From assembly GCF_009834535.1 (NCBI RefSeq), contig NC_045696.1:12898001-12962000 (forward strand): a stretch of 64,000 bases of DNA, given 5' to 3'. Numbering within the stretch: position 1 is the first letter of the stretch; each line of letters opens with the position of its first letter. This DNA comes from Camelus ferus. Its lineage: Eukaryota. Shown here one piece after another: positions 1 to 13,648 of the stretch. The notes under the pieces are model-generated. The model saw only the letters and a program-made list of their open reading frames with translations. It made no database searches and was not told the origin of the DNA. The position numbers and the translations under genes are program-made.

Positions 1-738
1 ACTTTTATCTTTTCATTTTCAAATAAAGTATCTTTGGATTCCTTTTCTTTGGAAAGCAACATTTTATTCTTTAAGCAAGAGCATGTGATACATGAGTCCA
101 AATGATGGAAGGATGTAGGGTGAGTGTGGAGAAAATGACAAGGAAACTGTCTCTTCCTGATGCAAAAAGAAATTCACTATCAGCGTGGAGTTTATTTACT
201 GCTTGCCTGTTCCCAGCATGAGATTATAGGTATGAAAATCTCTTGGACGAGAATAGTCAGAATGGAGCAATAAGAACTGAAATAAAAATAAAGGTGTTAA
301 TTTTTATTCCCAGAAGTCAATAGATGCTTTTCATCTGGTTACCACAGGCCTTCTTCTAAGTTTTTTTTTTTTTAAGTTTTTAATGTGAACACATGTTAAG
401 CAGTATCTTAAATCCACGTACAGCTGATTAATTCACGAGAGCCAGTGTTTTACATGCCACATTGACGTAAGCCTACTAGTAGCTCCATTTTTAAATTGGA
501 AACCTGATTCTTGTGCTTGAATTTTAGGAACCTGTTTCCTCAGGCCAACACTTTTATTCAGCGGACCCTGCTGGTTATATATTGTCTCCTATTTTGAGGG
601 TTTATAAGACGGTAAGAGGAGTCACCTTGGTGAGGACTTTACGATACTACACACGTACACACAAACCCACATTGTATCATAAAACAATGAGAGTTTGCTG
701 TGTCATATGAGACATTTCATTACTCTATAGTTTTACTT

Positions 739-852
739 AAAAATTTTTTTTAACTAATTTTTTTTTTAAATGGAGGTACTGAGGGTTGAACCCAGGACCT
801 TGTGTATGCTAAGCATGCATTCAACCACTGAGCAACCCGCCCCCCTGCCCCG
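739..852 (-). mobile_element. Camelid tRNA-derived SINE (Vic-1-like)
   Basis: Reverse complement of a tRNA-Ala-like head with an A-rich tail. TSD ctatagttYtactt at 725-738 and 853-866. Confidence 0.9.
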
Positions 853-1239
853 CTATAGTTCTACTTTTTACATCAGGTATAAAATCTAAATATCTCAATA
901 CTCTTATTCACCAGAATTCCTGTTTGGATGAGAACATTACGTGTTTAAAAGATTCTTTGATGAATTCTTTGATGAATTTCCTGAGCTGAGGTCAATCTCC
1001 AGTGATGTCAAATGACTTCTAAGGACAGTAGGTCCTGCTGACCAGAGGACACTTTGATTTGTCCAGCGATGTTTGGGTTTAGAGGTCAATGGCTTTGAAT
1101 TATAAAGAGGCGAGAAATTTTAAGTAGAAATTTGGGAAGGGCAGAAAGATTGGGTGCGAATGAAGTGAGCATCAGATAGGGAATCCTGGTAGCAAATGCT
1201 TAGAAAATGGACTGGGGGTAGCACAGGATCTAAGGATAA

Positions 1240-2186
1240 TTTTTTTTTTTTGGCATTAACTGTTTTTTTCATTGTGGTAAAAATGCGTAACATAAATGTT
1301 CCCATCTTAATCCATTTTAAGTGTACAGTTCAGTCATGTTAAGTATATTCACACTGCTGTGCAGCCCATCTCCAGAACTTTTTCATCTTGCAAAATTGAA
1401 ACTCTAACCCCGTGGGAATGTAGTTTGGTGTAGCCATTATGGAAAACAGTATGGAGATTCCTCTAAACATAGATTTATCATATGATCCAGCAGTCACACT
1501 CCTGGACATACATCCAGAGGGAACTTTAATTCAAAAAGACACATACACCCCAATGTTCATAGCAGCAATGTTTATAATAGCCAAGACATGGAAGCAACCT
1601 AAATGTCCATTGATAGATGACTGGATAAAGAAGTTGTGGTATATTTATACAATGGAATACTACTTAGCCATAAAAATGATAAAGTAATGCCATTTGCAGC
1701 AACATGGATGAATCTGGAGATTGTCATTCTAAGTGAAGTAAGCCAGAAAGAGACAGAAAAATATCATATAATATCACTTATAAGTGGAATCTAAAAAATA
1801 AAAAGACACAAATGAACTTATTTACAAAACAGAAACAGACTCATAAACATAGAAAACAAACTTGTGGTTACCAGGGAGGGAAGGGGGAAGGAAGCGATAA
1901 ATTGGGAATTCAAGAATTGCAAATACTAATTACTATATATAAAATAAACAACAAGTTTCTTCTGTATAGCATAGGCAACTATATTCAATATCTTAGAGTA
2001 ACTTACAATAAAAAAGAATGTGAAAATCACTATATGTATGAATATGTATGACTGATATTATGCTGCACACCAGAAATTGATACAGAATTGTAAACTGGCT
2101 ATACTTCAATTTAAAAAAGAAAAGAAACTCTATCCCCATGAAAAAACAACTCCTCATTTAACCCTCCCTTCAGCCCCTGGCAACCA
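1240..2186 (-). mobile_element. Old L1 (L1MB-like) 3' end fragment, split by a younger L1 at 1412-2123
   Basis: The typical L1MB 3'UTR antisense sequence (aagtgtacagttcag...ccagaactttttcatcttgcaaaattgaaactct) resumes after 2124 with ...cagcccctggcaacca. Confidence 0.8.
1412..2123 (+). mobile_element. 5'-truncated camelid-lineage L1 (ORF2 C-terminus + 3'UTR + A tail)
   Basis: ORF 1439-1687 reads YDPAVTLL...TPMFIAAMFIIAKTWKQPKCP..DDWIKKLWYIYTMEYY, the L1 ORF2 C-terminus. TSD gaaactctaWcccc at 1398-1411 and 2124-2137. Confidence 0.93.
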
Positions 2187-4550
2187 ATGAGCTCATTTTA
2201 CAATGTTGTGCAATATAACTTCCCTCCTTGCATAAGAAAATCTGTATTGCTCTTTAATACTTTCATAAAAATTGGAAGAACTTGTAGTGGTGCTGAGTTA
2301 AGTGTCAGGCTGGGATGAAGACTTAGCTTGCAGGAGCCGGGGGCTGAAATGACAGCTGGCATCCTTTCACTCCCTGAAACACTGAACACTAAGGATTTTT
2401 GGCTTATTCTCTTTCAGTTGACACTACTTCTTAATTGTGTGCAGTCTTGGAAATATTGTGATGTATTGCATGATCATCCTGCTAAGAGCATATGAAGATA
2501 CTGAATCTATCCTGAAATACTCCCTAACTTCCTGTACCCTTAGCATGATCCTGCTACCTGCACATAAAAATATCTTCAAATGTCCCACAATTAAGAAGTG
2601 CCAATAAAAAAGAAGTAAAGAAAACCCTTCCCCGTTAATAAAAAGCACTGCAAGGTGGCAAGCCAAGGGGGGAGGAAAGAGGCCTCTCTCTTCTTAAGAA
2701 AATTATATCTGTAAATTTCAGTTTCCCTTCTTAATTATAGCAGCAAAGGGCATTTATCCCTTTCCACAGCTACTCTCATCTATACTCTTAGGCGTGCAAA
2801 CACAGAGTCTCAGAATATTTAGGCTGTCATGTAGGTGACTATGCTGAATTCGTGGTTCTGGTACCTCCATGTGGCAAGTTATGGGCTGAAGATAGTGTAG
2901 TTTATGAGTGTTCATAAGGACAGGAAATAGGATGCGTGGAGTATTAAGGCTTTCCTGTGCGCAAATCCTTTAACTGGGCACAGATGATTTACTAGCAGCT
3001 TGGCTAGGGTGCCCAGAGTAAATTACTATCATTTCCCCTACTGTCACACCTGGTGATTTGCCAGTGTAACAGGTGAAAATTGATGAGAGGGTGGTGATTT
3101 CTAGGACATAGACTGGTGGAGCCAGGAGTTCTGAAGTCCTTTGGCAATGGCTTTATCTCATAGGGTGAGTTATCCTGTAATACGACTGGGCACTACTTTT
3201 CAATTTTGTTTCACTACGGAGAAGGATAATGGTTCCAACAGGCTGAGTTTATGCTGTGAATGTGTTCGTGGGGCAGCAGGGAAAAGTGCCACCCAGTGTA
3301 ACTATTATTAGATTTTTCCATGGATTTAGAATACGACAGATGTTCCGCATGAAGGTAAATTTCATCCACCTCTATGTCAAACTTTACTTCCTTTAGAAAA
3401 TCTCTTCTCAGAGGCTTCCTGATAAATAAGAAGGGCCATCTTATTTATCAATTAGATTTTATAGAATTTTGTAGTACTGTCTAGAATTTCTTTTGCATCC
3501 TGGGTGGGGTCGCTAAATATGACACCCAAAGAAATCTGTGTTCTTGAAGAACACAATGAGAGCAGCAAGTAGTGAGAAATTCATTAGTTCTCGTTTACTA
3601 ATATAAAATGAGTGAGGCTGTGACCCAGTCAGACACATAGTTTACAAATAAAGACTATTGTGAAGAAAGGATTAGACGGAAGAGCCTATTTAACAATTAA
3701 GTCCTATTTTTCAGATGCTATGTAACATTTTTCTATAAATAATTGAAAAGGGTGCTTAAAAAGCTCTTTAAAAGACTATTAACTTGTGTTTCTCAAGGTT
3801 GTGCTTTTGATAACATGCTGCTAATTAGACCTTAGAGTTACAAACTCAGGGAAAGCCAGTTCTTTAAAAATAATTTCTGGAAATAGGATTTTCAGCATGT
3901 TACGGTGAGAAAGGCTTGCATGCTGGCCTCTAATTCCCTCTTGGATGGGAGAAAAGCAAAGACACCAACCCTTCCTCTCTTTGGCTGCATATGTTATAAA
4001 CATCGTTTCACTTGGGCTTTGGTCTTTCATATGGTTCATTCATCCTTGCAAGCATTATTTCCAGGTCAGCATAATTTCTTCAGTTTGGATACATTTCTCC
4101 AAAGAGAGCCTTACTCGTAGGGCTACTCCGCTCTACAAAACGAGATTATGCCTCTGAGCTACAGGAACAGAAAGCAAGAGGTTATTGAAACAGACCGCTG
4201 AAATACTGCCGCATCACGAACTCTCTAAAGCAGTTTAAGGTTTCTGGAGAGAGGGACAGAATTACTAGGGGACGTATGTTCACTCCAGCACATAGCAGGT
4301 AACTGACATGTAGAGGGTCCCTTGGGTCTGGCTTAGGCCTGGAGATGCTCGTCAGTAACACTGGAATATTGGACCACGTCTCTATTTGTAGTCAAGAAGA
4401 GTCAGCCGAACGAACTCTGTCCAGTGTTGACTGACAATGCTATTCTTGTGCAAAAAAATCTCCCTCTGAAGAAGGTCAGCAGAGCATAATGGTTGGTAAC
4501 TTATTCTGATGCATGGAAATAGACTGATGTTTTTCTTCTTGTTTGCAAAG

Positions 4551-4666
4551 CCTCTGCCACCTTGTCATGACTCCATGGAATCCATGCAGGTGTTCAAACA
4601 GCACTGCCAAATAGCAGAAGAATACCGGGAGGTTAAAAAGGAAATCGCCCTGCTTGAGGAAAGAAA
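4551..4666 (+). CDS. MAP3K7CL: MAP3K7 C-terminal-like protein (TAK1-like), penultimate coding exon
   Basis: Polypyrimidine tract and AG acceptor at 4549-4550; GTAAGT donor at 4667. The 116 nt translate as [38 protein letters not shown] plus 2 nt. This matches the MAP3K7CL sequence I recall, which is homologous to the TAK1 C-terminal PLAPCPNSKESMAVFEQHC region. Confidence 0.96.
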
Positions 4667-5391
4667 GTAAGTACCGTTCCCTTGAGCGCCCTCATCTCTG
4701 AACGCTGTCAGCTGGTCATGGACTGGGGCAGGGACTTCGGGTGATAAGGAAGGGAGAGGCCGAGCATGGGGACGAGAGGGGGAGGGGCTGGAGGGGAGGA
4801 GAACTGATGCTCTGTGGTTCAGGGGTTCCATGTATGTCCTGTTTGATTCTAGAAGTGATCCAAACGGGACTATGCTAGATTAAATGCTCTACAGAGTAGT
4901 AAGAGAAACAGCAGGAGTGCTTTCTATTCAAAACTTAATTTTTTAATCAGCATTTTTTAGTTCAGGAAATTACAAATGCCAGAATACCACCTAGAGCCAT
5001 ATTATGTTCCCTGTGAATGTACCCAAAGGCCCCAGAGCTCTTTGTCTTGGGGTGAATTTTAATGCTTAAATGGCGTGAACCCATGTCAAGTAAAGAAGCC
5101 ACTGGGATAGCTCTTTGGAATAAATGTAAACATATTAGTTGACTAACTGCATTTCATAGCCCAATAGTCCAGTAAGTTTTTATCTTGATAGCTTCTATTA
5201 TCATTACAGTTCTGCTCAGGGAATTACACAGTTCTATTAATTAAAGCACTCACTTTACTTACTCATAACTTTTTTGCTTCCGAATTTTCCTCCTTTTAAT
5301 TGCACACAATCCTGCCGCTGTCTACGCAGGGATCTCCCTTCTTTCATACTTACAAAGCATCAGACATCTTTTCTTCGTAGCACTGGTCAGT

Positions 5392-5515
5392 GTTTTTTTT
5401 TTTTTCCCCTCTTTCTCTCTCTTTTTTCCCCCCCTTAATGGAGGTACTGGGGATTGAAACTAGGACCTCATGCATGCCAAGCATGTGCTCTACCACTGAG
5501 CTATACTCCACCCTC
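5392..5515 (-). mobile_element. Vic-1-like SINE inserted in an L2 remnant
   Basis: aatggaggtactggggattgaaactaggacc...ctctaccactgagctatac. L2-like 3' sequence (cctagcacagta...ttgaatgagtga) follows. Confidence 0.88.
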
Positions 5516-6273
5516 TACTTACACGTTTATTAGGGAGATCTTTTGATTTATATTTGCATCTCCTGCTAAGTGGTAAGTGCCATAAAAAGGGAGATAGGCC
5601 AATATTATTCACCATCATATTCCTGAAGCCTAGCACAGTACGTGGCATGTAGATACTGAATCAATTTTTGTTGAATGAGTGACACATAATTCAAACATAC
5701 TGTGATTCTATAACTTTCTGCATCTCTCCTTCTTTTTACTGGAGTGATATATGGTATCACTCCATACTTACATTTATATTTATTTATATTTATATTTATT
5801 TAAAACAATTTTTGAATGAATACAAGTGAAATATATTCTGTTTTGAGAGATTTATGAAATTCTTGGGACCCTCTGGAGACCCCCCGGAGTGGTGGTTGGA
5901 CAGTGCAATACCGGTGAGGAGCCGTATGGGCTGTAGGTCACTTACTGTAAGACTTCTGTGAGCATGTTACCAATCGTTTCTTACTTCCTTGCTTTGTTGT
6001 GCTTCAAACATAAAGTCATACCTCGACTTTTGATTATAGGAGATTAAAAGATGTTCATGAGATCAGAAACACAATTTTTTCTTTCACATGTCTGAGACTT
6101 TTTTTTTGGTCTAAGAGTTTTCATACATTGGTTGGAATGCTCATTTGTACATTTACGCACAATCTGAGTCCTAAAAAAAGTTTCATAAAGGAACTCAAGA
6201 AGCTTATTAATAATGTAACCAGTGGTGAAGTTAAAGGAGGACTTTATAATCAGTAACCTAGAAATGTATCTCC

Positions 6274-6275
<2 letters not shown>

Positions 6276-6312
<37 letters not shown>
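6276..6312. repeat. (GT)18 microsatellite
   Basis: Perfect GT run seen directly. Confidence 0.98.
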
Positions 6313-6314
<2 letters not shown>

Positions 6315-7729
6315 CTGTGATGTTGTGACATTTAAAAAAAAACACCAGGTAATTATGTATTTATTTGTAAACACTTTAGATTGAAGGTGCTGGAGGACTT
6401 TGTTATTTAAATTAACCCCATGTGTGGCTCTTTTGCGGGGAGGGGCGATGTAAGATTTATCAACCAAATTATATGTTTTGTAAGTTTATATTTTTATATG
6501 TTGCATTAAAAAATACAATAGGATAACAAGATGAAAGGGATTCATCTGGTCTTTTATTGAAACATCCCTGCTGTTTCTGCTAACCTAATCATACTTCCTT
6601 CCCATACCTATTTGAACTTTGGAGTTTCCTTGAAACCATGATGTTGTCATTTTTTTCTTTTCTTTTTTCCCTAATTGGCTAGCTGTGAGGCAAAGATCAC
6701 ATTCTTTTATTATTTTTTTTTTCCTTTCTTTGATAAAGTCTCTCAGATTCCCTTTTCTTCATCCTCACTTCTACCATTTGAGATCGGGACTTATTACTTC
6801 AAATCTTGGTCAAGGCAACATTATAACTGGTCTCCCTGTCCACGGTTTCATACTGCTAGAGAAGGACACCAGTTCTTGGCCTGGAATTCAAGATCTACCT
6901 CAGTATGGCCTTAGTACCTCTGCGGAATGTTCTAGCTCATCCCTCATCTTCAGCCACATGACCCTATTACTCACTTTTTCCTGCCTCTGCGCCCTTACTC
7001 CCACCAAGATCTCTGTCCAGAGTCCCTGTCTTTCCTCTTTGCCTGTCCAAATGCTCGCCTTGAGGAAAGCCTCTTGCATTGCCCGGCCCCAACCTTCCCA
7101 CGGTGATCAGCGCTTTTTTCTTTTGGTACTTTTTGCAGGCTAGTGTCATCAGCAGTTATCTGCTGAAGTTCACGTCCTGTCTTTCTGACTGTGTAGTTTT
7201 CTGTAGACCTGGATACCCTTTGATACCTCTTTGTATCCCAATCACTGAACAGGGGAGCTGCGCGTAGGGTAAAATACAAGTAGGGGTGATTTACACGGCT
7301 GACTATAGGTAATGTCCTCTGCAGTTTTATTTGTGATTTGTGTGGCCTGTATTTAACGTACAGAGTCAACATCAGCAATAAAGAATTACTCAGATAAATT
7401 GTTAAAATAGGAAGTATGGTTATATCTTATATTTATAAATACATGAGCTTGGTCCTCCAAGAGTTATTGGTTATCTGTGTTTTCATTAACATTTCACCGA
7501 AGAAGAAATTCACTTTGTTACAGATATTTTCCTGAACAGCTTTTGTGTTCAAGCAAGATAACTTGGGCCAAATGGATTTGACCCAAGTAATTAGTTCTCC
7601 ATTTTTTGATGATTTGGATGAGAAGTTCTTCCCCCTCATTTAATAAAGTGTGGCTGATTATGTTGCTTCTGGTGATTGGCTGGTGTAAGCTAGATGCACA
7701 GAGAGATGCTAACTCAGGTGTTTTAAGAG

Positions 7730-7962
7730 TTTTTTTTTTGTTTTTTTAAACTGACATATAGTCAGTTTAGAATGTTGTGTTAATTTCTGGTGTTATACAC
7801 AGAATATATATATATATTCCTTTCATATTCTTTTTCATTATAGGCTATTACAAGGCATTGGGTATAGTTCCCTGAGCTATACAGTAGGACCTTGTTGTTT
7901 ATCTATTTTATATAGTAGTTAGTATCTACAAATCCTGAACTCCCAGTTTATCCCTTCCCCTT
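7730..7962 (-). mobile_element. Short L1 3' end (cetartiodactyl/camelid type)
   Basis: Poly-T followed by tagtcagtttagaatgttgtgttaatttctggtg...atagttccctgagctatacagtaggaccttgttgtttatc, homologous to the other young L1 3' ends in this window. Confidence 0.85.
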
Positions 7963-8545
7963 TGTATTTACTGGAGCCATGTGGGCACAAGTTAAGCTGA
8001 ACTTCTCTCTCATCTCCAGAGGGGGTCTCCCTGGATCTTGTTTGTGAGACTTTTCAGAGAGGAGAGAACAGTTGTTTACAACCATTTTTTAAAATCATGC
8101 CTGTTGGGTAGATAAAAACAGTCAAACATTTTCTAGGATTACAAACTCAGCATGGAGTGAATTTAATTGAAAGAATTTCTTCTGGCTTATAGACCAATGA
8201 TGTAAAAAAGCTTGTTCTTACTTTCCTTGAAAATTTTTCTCCTCTCAACTGAAATAAAAGATAATTTTATTGAAAGCTTTAAAAATTACCAAGAATTCTG
8301 ACATCGTTACAGACCTCCTACTATCATTTTTGCCTATTTTTTTCTAGGTCTTTTGAATGTGCATAGATATTTTTTAGATAATTGCATATATGGTAACATA
8401 AAATGTATACATGCTTTTTCAATAAATATTATAAGTATTATATAATACATACAGGTTTTTTGTGTATGTAATGGAAACTCATGGAAGTGAGATATAGATA
8501 TTTTACAGCATTTGAAATTTATCATTACATTGTTTGAACGTTTTT

Positions 8546-8562
8546 ATTTTTATTTTAAAATT

Positions 8563-8609
<47 letters not shown>

Positions 8610-8694
8610 TTAATTAAGGGAGGTACTGGGGATTGAACCCAGGACCTCGTCCATGCTAAGCCTGTCTTCTACCAATGAACTGTCCCCTCTCCTC
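8546..8694 (-). mobile_element. Vic-1-like SINE with expanded (TTTA)n tail
   Basis: gaggtactggggattgaacccaggacctcg core; (TTTA)~10 at 8571-8611; degenerate TSD tRtttgaaYgttttt. Confidence 0.88.
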
Positions 8695-8929
8695 TATTTG
8701 AATGTTTTTTAAAGTGTATGGTTAAACTATAGTTAGCTCTGCAATTAGATTTACCATTAGTAAAAGTTGCTTTGTATTTTATCTTGCTCAAAGGAGAAAC
8801 CACTTCATTTATTGCTCTATGTAAGAAAAATTGTGTTAGGTGCTGTGGTGTTTAAAAGGTTGACTTGGAATGTCAGAAAAAGAGATCAACTCTTAGAATA
8901 GTCAGCTTGAAAAATGTTACATAACTTAA

Positions 8930-10020
8930 AAAAAATTTAGTGGTCTTCGGTGGACTCACAGAGTTGTGCAGCCATCATCACAATTTTAGAACATTTTCAT
9001 CACCCTAGAAACAAACCTTGTACCCCTGAATAGTCACCTCCCATTCCTCTCTCCTCTCATCAGCCACTGGCAACTGCTAATCTACTTTCTGTCTCTATGG
9101 ATTTGCCTGTTCTGGAGATTTCAGAGAAGTGGAATCATACAGTACGTGGCTTTTGCGACTGGCTTCCTTCACTTAGCGTGGTTTTCAGGGTTCATCCGCG
9201 TTGTGGCATGCATCAGTGCAGGCAGAACTTGGAGACATTGCAGGTTCGGGTCCAGGCCGCTGCAGCAAAGCAAATATTGCAAGAGAGAGTCACGCAAATT
9301 TTTTGGTTTCCCTGTGTATGTGAAAGTTCTGTTTACTCTATACTGTAGTCGATTAAGTGTGCGATACCATTATGTCTTAACAAAATGCATGTATGTTAAT
9401 TAAAAAACACTTTATTGCTAAAAATGCTAACAGTCATTTGGGCCTTAAGCAAGTTGTAGTCTTTTGGCAATAATAACATCAAAGATCACTGATCACAGAT
9501 CACCATTACAAATATAATAATAATGAAAAGGTTTGAAATATTGTGAGAATCACCAAAATGAGACACAGACATGAAGTGAGCTATTGGAAAAAATGGTGCC
9601 AATAGACTTGCTCAGTGCAGGGTTGCCACAAAACCTCAAATTGTTAAAAAAAAAAAACCCACAAAATCTGCAAAGCACAATAAAACAAAGTGTAATAAAA
9701 TGAGGTATGCCTGTACTTCATTCCTTTTTAGTGTCAAATAATATTCCATTGTATAGCTATACCATATTTCATTTATCCATTCATCAGCTGATGGACATTT
9801 GGGTTATTTGCACTTCTGGCTATTATAAATAATGCTGCTACAAACATTCATATGTAAGTGTGCGTGTGGACATATCTTTTCAATTCACTTAGTTATGTAC
9901 CTAGGAGTAGATACATCTGTGACTTCTTGGAGAAATGTCCATTCAGATCTTTGCCCATTTTAAAACTGACTTACATGTTTTTTTATTATTGAGTTGAAAA
10001 ATGCTATGATAATTCTAGGG
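8930..10020 (-). mobile_element. L1MB-like 3' fragment split by a Tigger1 derivative
   Basis: ctggcaactgctaatctactttctgtctctatggatttgcctgttctgg... continues after 9714 as cttcattccttttta...atccattcatcagctgatggacatttggg. Confidence 0.82.
9219..9713 (+). mobile_element. Tigger1 internal-deletion derivative (TcMar-Tigger MITE)
   Basis: Left end caggcagaacttggagacattgcaggttcgggtccag and right TIR gaggtatgcctg followed by TA; ~495 bp with no transposase ORF. Confidence 0.85.
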
Positions 10021-10217
10021 GCAGGCAAGACATTAGAAAAGGGTTTTCATAAGAGAATCAATCAATATCATTGTTTATTTTCATGTCTTTTTTAAAATAC
10101 ATAAAATGATGATTGAGGGAGCAACATCTTATTGAAGGGAATGTATCAGGTTGGGGGAGAAAGGAGCTTGTGTAATTTGTAAAGGCATCACCTAGAAATA
10201 GCCCTCTTTGTCATCTT

Positions 10218-10359
10218 TTTGTTTTGTTTTTGTGTGTGTGTTTGGGGAGGAAATTAGGTTTATTTATTTATATATGCTTTAATGGAGGTACTAGGGATTG
10301 AACCAGGACTTCTTGCATGCTAAGAATGCACTCTACCACTGAGCTATACCTTCCCTCCC
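10218..10359 (-). mobile_element. Vic-1-like SINE
   Basis: Full head plus ggggaggaaattaggtttatttattt tail; perfect TSD ctttgtcatctt at 10206-10217 and 10360-10371. Confidence 0.92.
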
Positions 10360-12029
10360 CTTTGTCATCTTGAAGCATCTATTCCGTCTCTCCTGTGTAT
10401 AAATGCTTGTAATAGAACACATATCATTTAAAAAACACAAACAATGCAGTCTAAATCACTATTTAAACTAAAATTCTCCCCATTATGAAGATAGTATTTT
10501 ATTACCTTATTATCCAAAACTCTTTAGCTCATGGGGGCCAAACTGCCTAGGATTTTATTTTTTCCAACTAAAAGTCTCTAGTCAACTTTGAAAGTTCCAA
10601 GAATCATAGTAATGGTCTTTCCAGAAACAAAGAAATATTTGTCCTCATAATGAGTCCATTTCCCAACCTCTTGCAGCATAAAGAATCTCCTTAATTTTGG
10701 AGTTAGTTTCCACAAATCTTCAAAGTTCTCTTTACCAACTCATTTGGATTTTCCCTTTCCTCATTTGTTTTAGCAAATACATTTTTCCAGGCATGTGGCT
10801 TAGGATGGGGACAGGAGCTGATGTATGGTGGACCCAGGGTTATGACCTTTTCACTGTTGAGGTACATCTCGTGGAAAACTATGTTACAGGTCTTGACTTC
10901 AGAAATAAGGTTCCTGTAACATTGGTCTTCTACACCTTTATCACATGACATTGAAGGGAATGACAGAAATGATAAACGAGAATTCAAAGGCAGGACCACA
11001 TTCTAGACAAATATACCTATTGACTTGTTCCTCAGATCATCTTTTTATAAGATTATCTCTGTAGCTCACTGTGCAGGGTATAATTATGAATTGCTAATGA
11101 ATCAGCATCAATTTGTCTATATAAATAGGTCTTGGACAGGAGACAATAGACGTTTTGACAGTATTCAATAAATAGATATATAATTGCTTATCAAATACAT
11201 GAAACTAATTTAGAATTCTGTCAATTGAGACCTCCTTGATTCCAGTAAAGAAGAAATTATTATTGACTTTCTCTGATGCAAGAATATTAGACTAGACACT
11301 AACCACCATTCTTTTTAGCTGTAAAATCTGTGATTTTGTGATTTATTTTTCCTACCAGTCAAAACTAATGACAGATGTCCTCAGGAGTTTTAAATGGGCT
11401 CAGATATGGAACCAAGACAGTAGCCATCATTTGTGTGACACAGTTAATTTGAAAGGCAGAACGTAACAGGAATAGATAATCTGAAGGGTAAGGGATTTAG
11501 AGGCATGTCTCTTTCTATTTATCTTTTACTGACCAATTTCCTTAAGAGAGTTACATAAGGAACTTTACTAATATTTAATTATTGACATTTATTGCTCAAA
11601 CTATCCTTAGAGGCAAAGAACTCTAAACATTTATTCAAAAGGGTAGGTTTGATTTTTGGCTGTGTGACTTTTTCAGTTAGATTAAGCACTTTGAGTTTCT
11701 ATTTCCTCATCTTTAAAATATACGTTATATGTCTCTGAGGTGCCTTACTCTTCAATTATTTATTCAACAAGTGTTTATTGGGAGGCTTTATATTGTAAAT
11801 GCCATGGAAGATTCAAAGATCAACAAAATCCCAAAGAAACTTTGTGTACATGCACATCAACGTTCCAAGTGATTTTCCCTTTGTCCCTGTTGGGCACTAT
11901 CTTAACAACGCCTGGATTTGCTAAGTGGTCACCAAATTGGGTACACAAGGCAGTCCATTGAATGCAGGAAGAAAATACTAGAAATTTTATTCTGATTTGC
12001 TCTTTATCTTTTTCCCGGGGTAACTGTTT

Positions 12030-12204
12030 ATTTTGCTAGTTTCAGACTTACAGAGAAGTTGCAAAACTGGTATAAAGAACTGCCATATATCCTTTACTGA
12101 GTTCACTCATTGTTAAAAATTTCCCCAGTTGTGCTTTATTCTCCCTCCCCCAACACTGCACACTACTGGGGTTGTCTCTCTTTCTCTCTTAGAGATGGGG
12201 TATC

Positions 12205-12251
<47 letters not shown>

Positions 12252-12740
12252 ATTACATGCACATATACAGATATATATCTTATTCTCCATTGCCCTAAAT
12301 ACTTCAGTGAGTATTTCCTAAGAACAAGGACATTCTTTCACTTGACCTCAGTACAATAATTAAAATGAAGAAATTTAGCATTGCTACAGTTCTATTATCT
12401 AATTCACAGTCCATATTTATACTGCATCCCTTTCCCAATAATGTCCTTCACAGCCCTTGTTTCCAGTCCAGAATTGCACATTGCATATAGTTGTCATTTG
12501 TCATTTGTTTTCAGTTGTTATAAATATGAAACAGTTTTTTTAAAAAAACATTTTAAAGAGTACAGGCTAGCTATTTGGAAGCAATTCCCTTAATTTGAGG
12601 CTGTCTGGTGTGTGCACTTCTGGCAGGAATGCCACAGAAAGGATGTCATGTCCTTCGTGGTGCATGCTACGTCTACCGATCTCATTACTAATGATGTCAA
12701 ATTTGGTCACTTGGTGAGAGTGGTCTTCCAGGTTTCTCTG
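12030..12740 (-). mobile_element. Ancient L1 (L1MC-like) 3' fragment
   Basis: ttcagacttacagagaagttgcaaaa...cctaaatacttcagtgagtatttcctaagaacaaggacattct motifs. Confidence 0.7.
12201..12251. repeat. (TATC)n tetranucleotide microsatellite
   Basis: About 12 TATC units with one interruption, seen directly. Confidence 0.95.
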
Positions 12741-13648
12741 CACGTCTCCCTACAGAGGAGGAAGAAGTGTGAAATGCCCTTGTATTGAGGCAAAGGAGAA
12801 TTCACTTAAGTCTAGTTTAGGATTAACTGACACACAAAGGGGAATGGACCTGTTTTGGGTTGTCGTGCTTATTAAATCTAAACATGATTTTAGCCAGTCT
12901 TTAGCTTATTATTATGTCTATTTACATCAATGAATTATTTACACATATTTACTGAACATCGAATTTGTTTAAAGCATCATCACTGCAAGTTCCCTCCCTG
13001 ACTCTTCCTGAGTCAGGCCAGTACCAAATGTAGGTATGTTGCTTTGTTAATTAGGGTGACCAGATACACACACATACACACACACATCTATATTGAGAGA
13101 GAGAGAGAGACTAGAGAAAGACGTGGAAAATAGTATCTGCAGGAAACAATTGGAATTTCTTAGTTCAAAGAAGCCTAGTACAGATTGGTTAAACTCAAAG
13201 ACAGAAAACAATAGAAGATAATAACTGAATTTGGAGGAGAAAGATTAGTAAGTAAAGCTATGATTCTCCCACCCATAAGACAACAGGTGGCATCTTAAAT
13301 TATAAACTAATTTTTCTGTGTTTTTCCTCTAAAGTAGTAATTTTAATTTACTTTTTTTTGGGTACTCTTAAAAAGATCACTCTTTTTGACTGTCAAAGGA
13401 CTTATTGAGATTTTGGGGGTATGTGTTTACTACTCTGGATATATCTAGTAGGGGGGCTGGAGTAGAATGAAGAGCTCTAACACTTGTGAGGCTGGAAAAT
13501 GCAAGCCAGTCATTGGGGGCAAGCAGAGACGGGTAAAATTTAGAAGGGTAGAGTGACCTATTCTGCGTCCGCGATGCTGTTACTGTGTCATTGAATCTGT
13601 TTGCATTGTGTTCTGTGCTTCTTCCTTGCCTGGCCCCTGCATCTTCAG

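Larger units (their letters stand above)
4667..13648 (+). other. MAP3K7CL: Final intron of MAP3K7CL (GT-AG, phase 2, ~9 kb)
   Basis: GTAAGT donor and CAG acceptor join the two exons in frame. Confidence 0.93.

Noticed and set aside
1439..1687. L1 ORF2-like ORFs (also 39379-39585, 39854-40120, 51691-51897)
   Set aside because: Fragments of truncated, mutated L1s with no intact endonuclease or reverse transcriptase; not host genes.
13608..13648. N-terminal part of ORF 13608-13829 (MFCASSLPGPCIF)
   Set aside because: This is the intronic polypyrimidine tract; homology and splicing begin at 13649.
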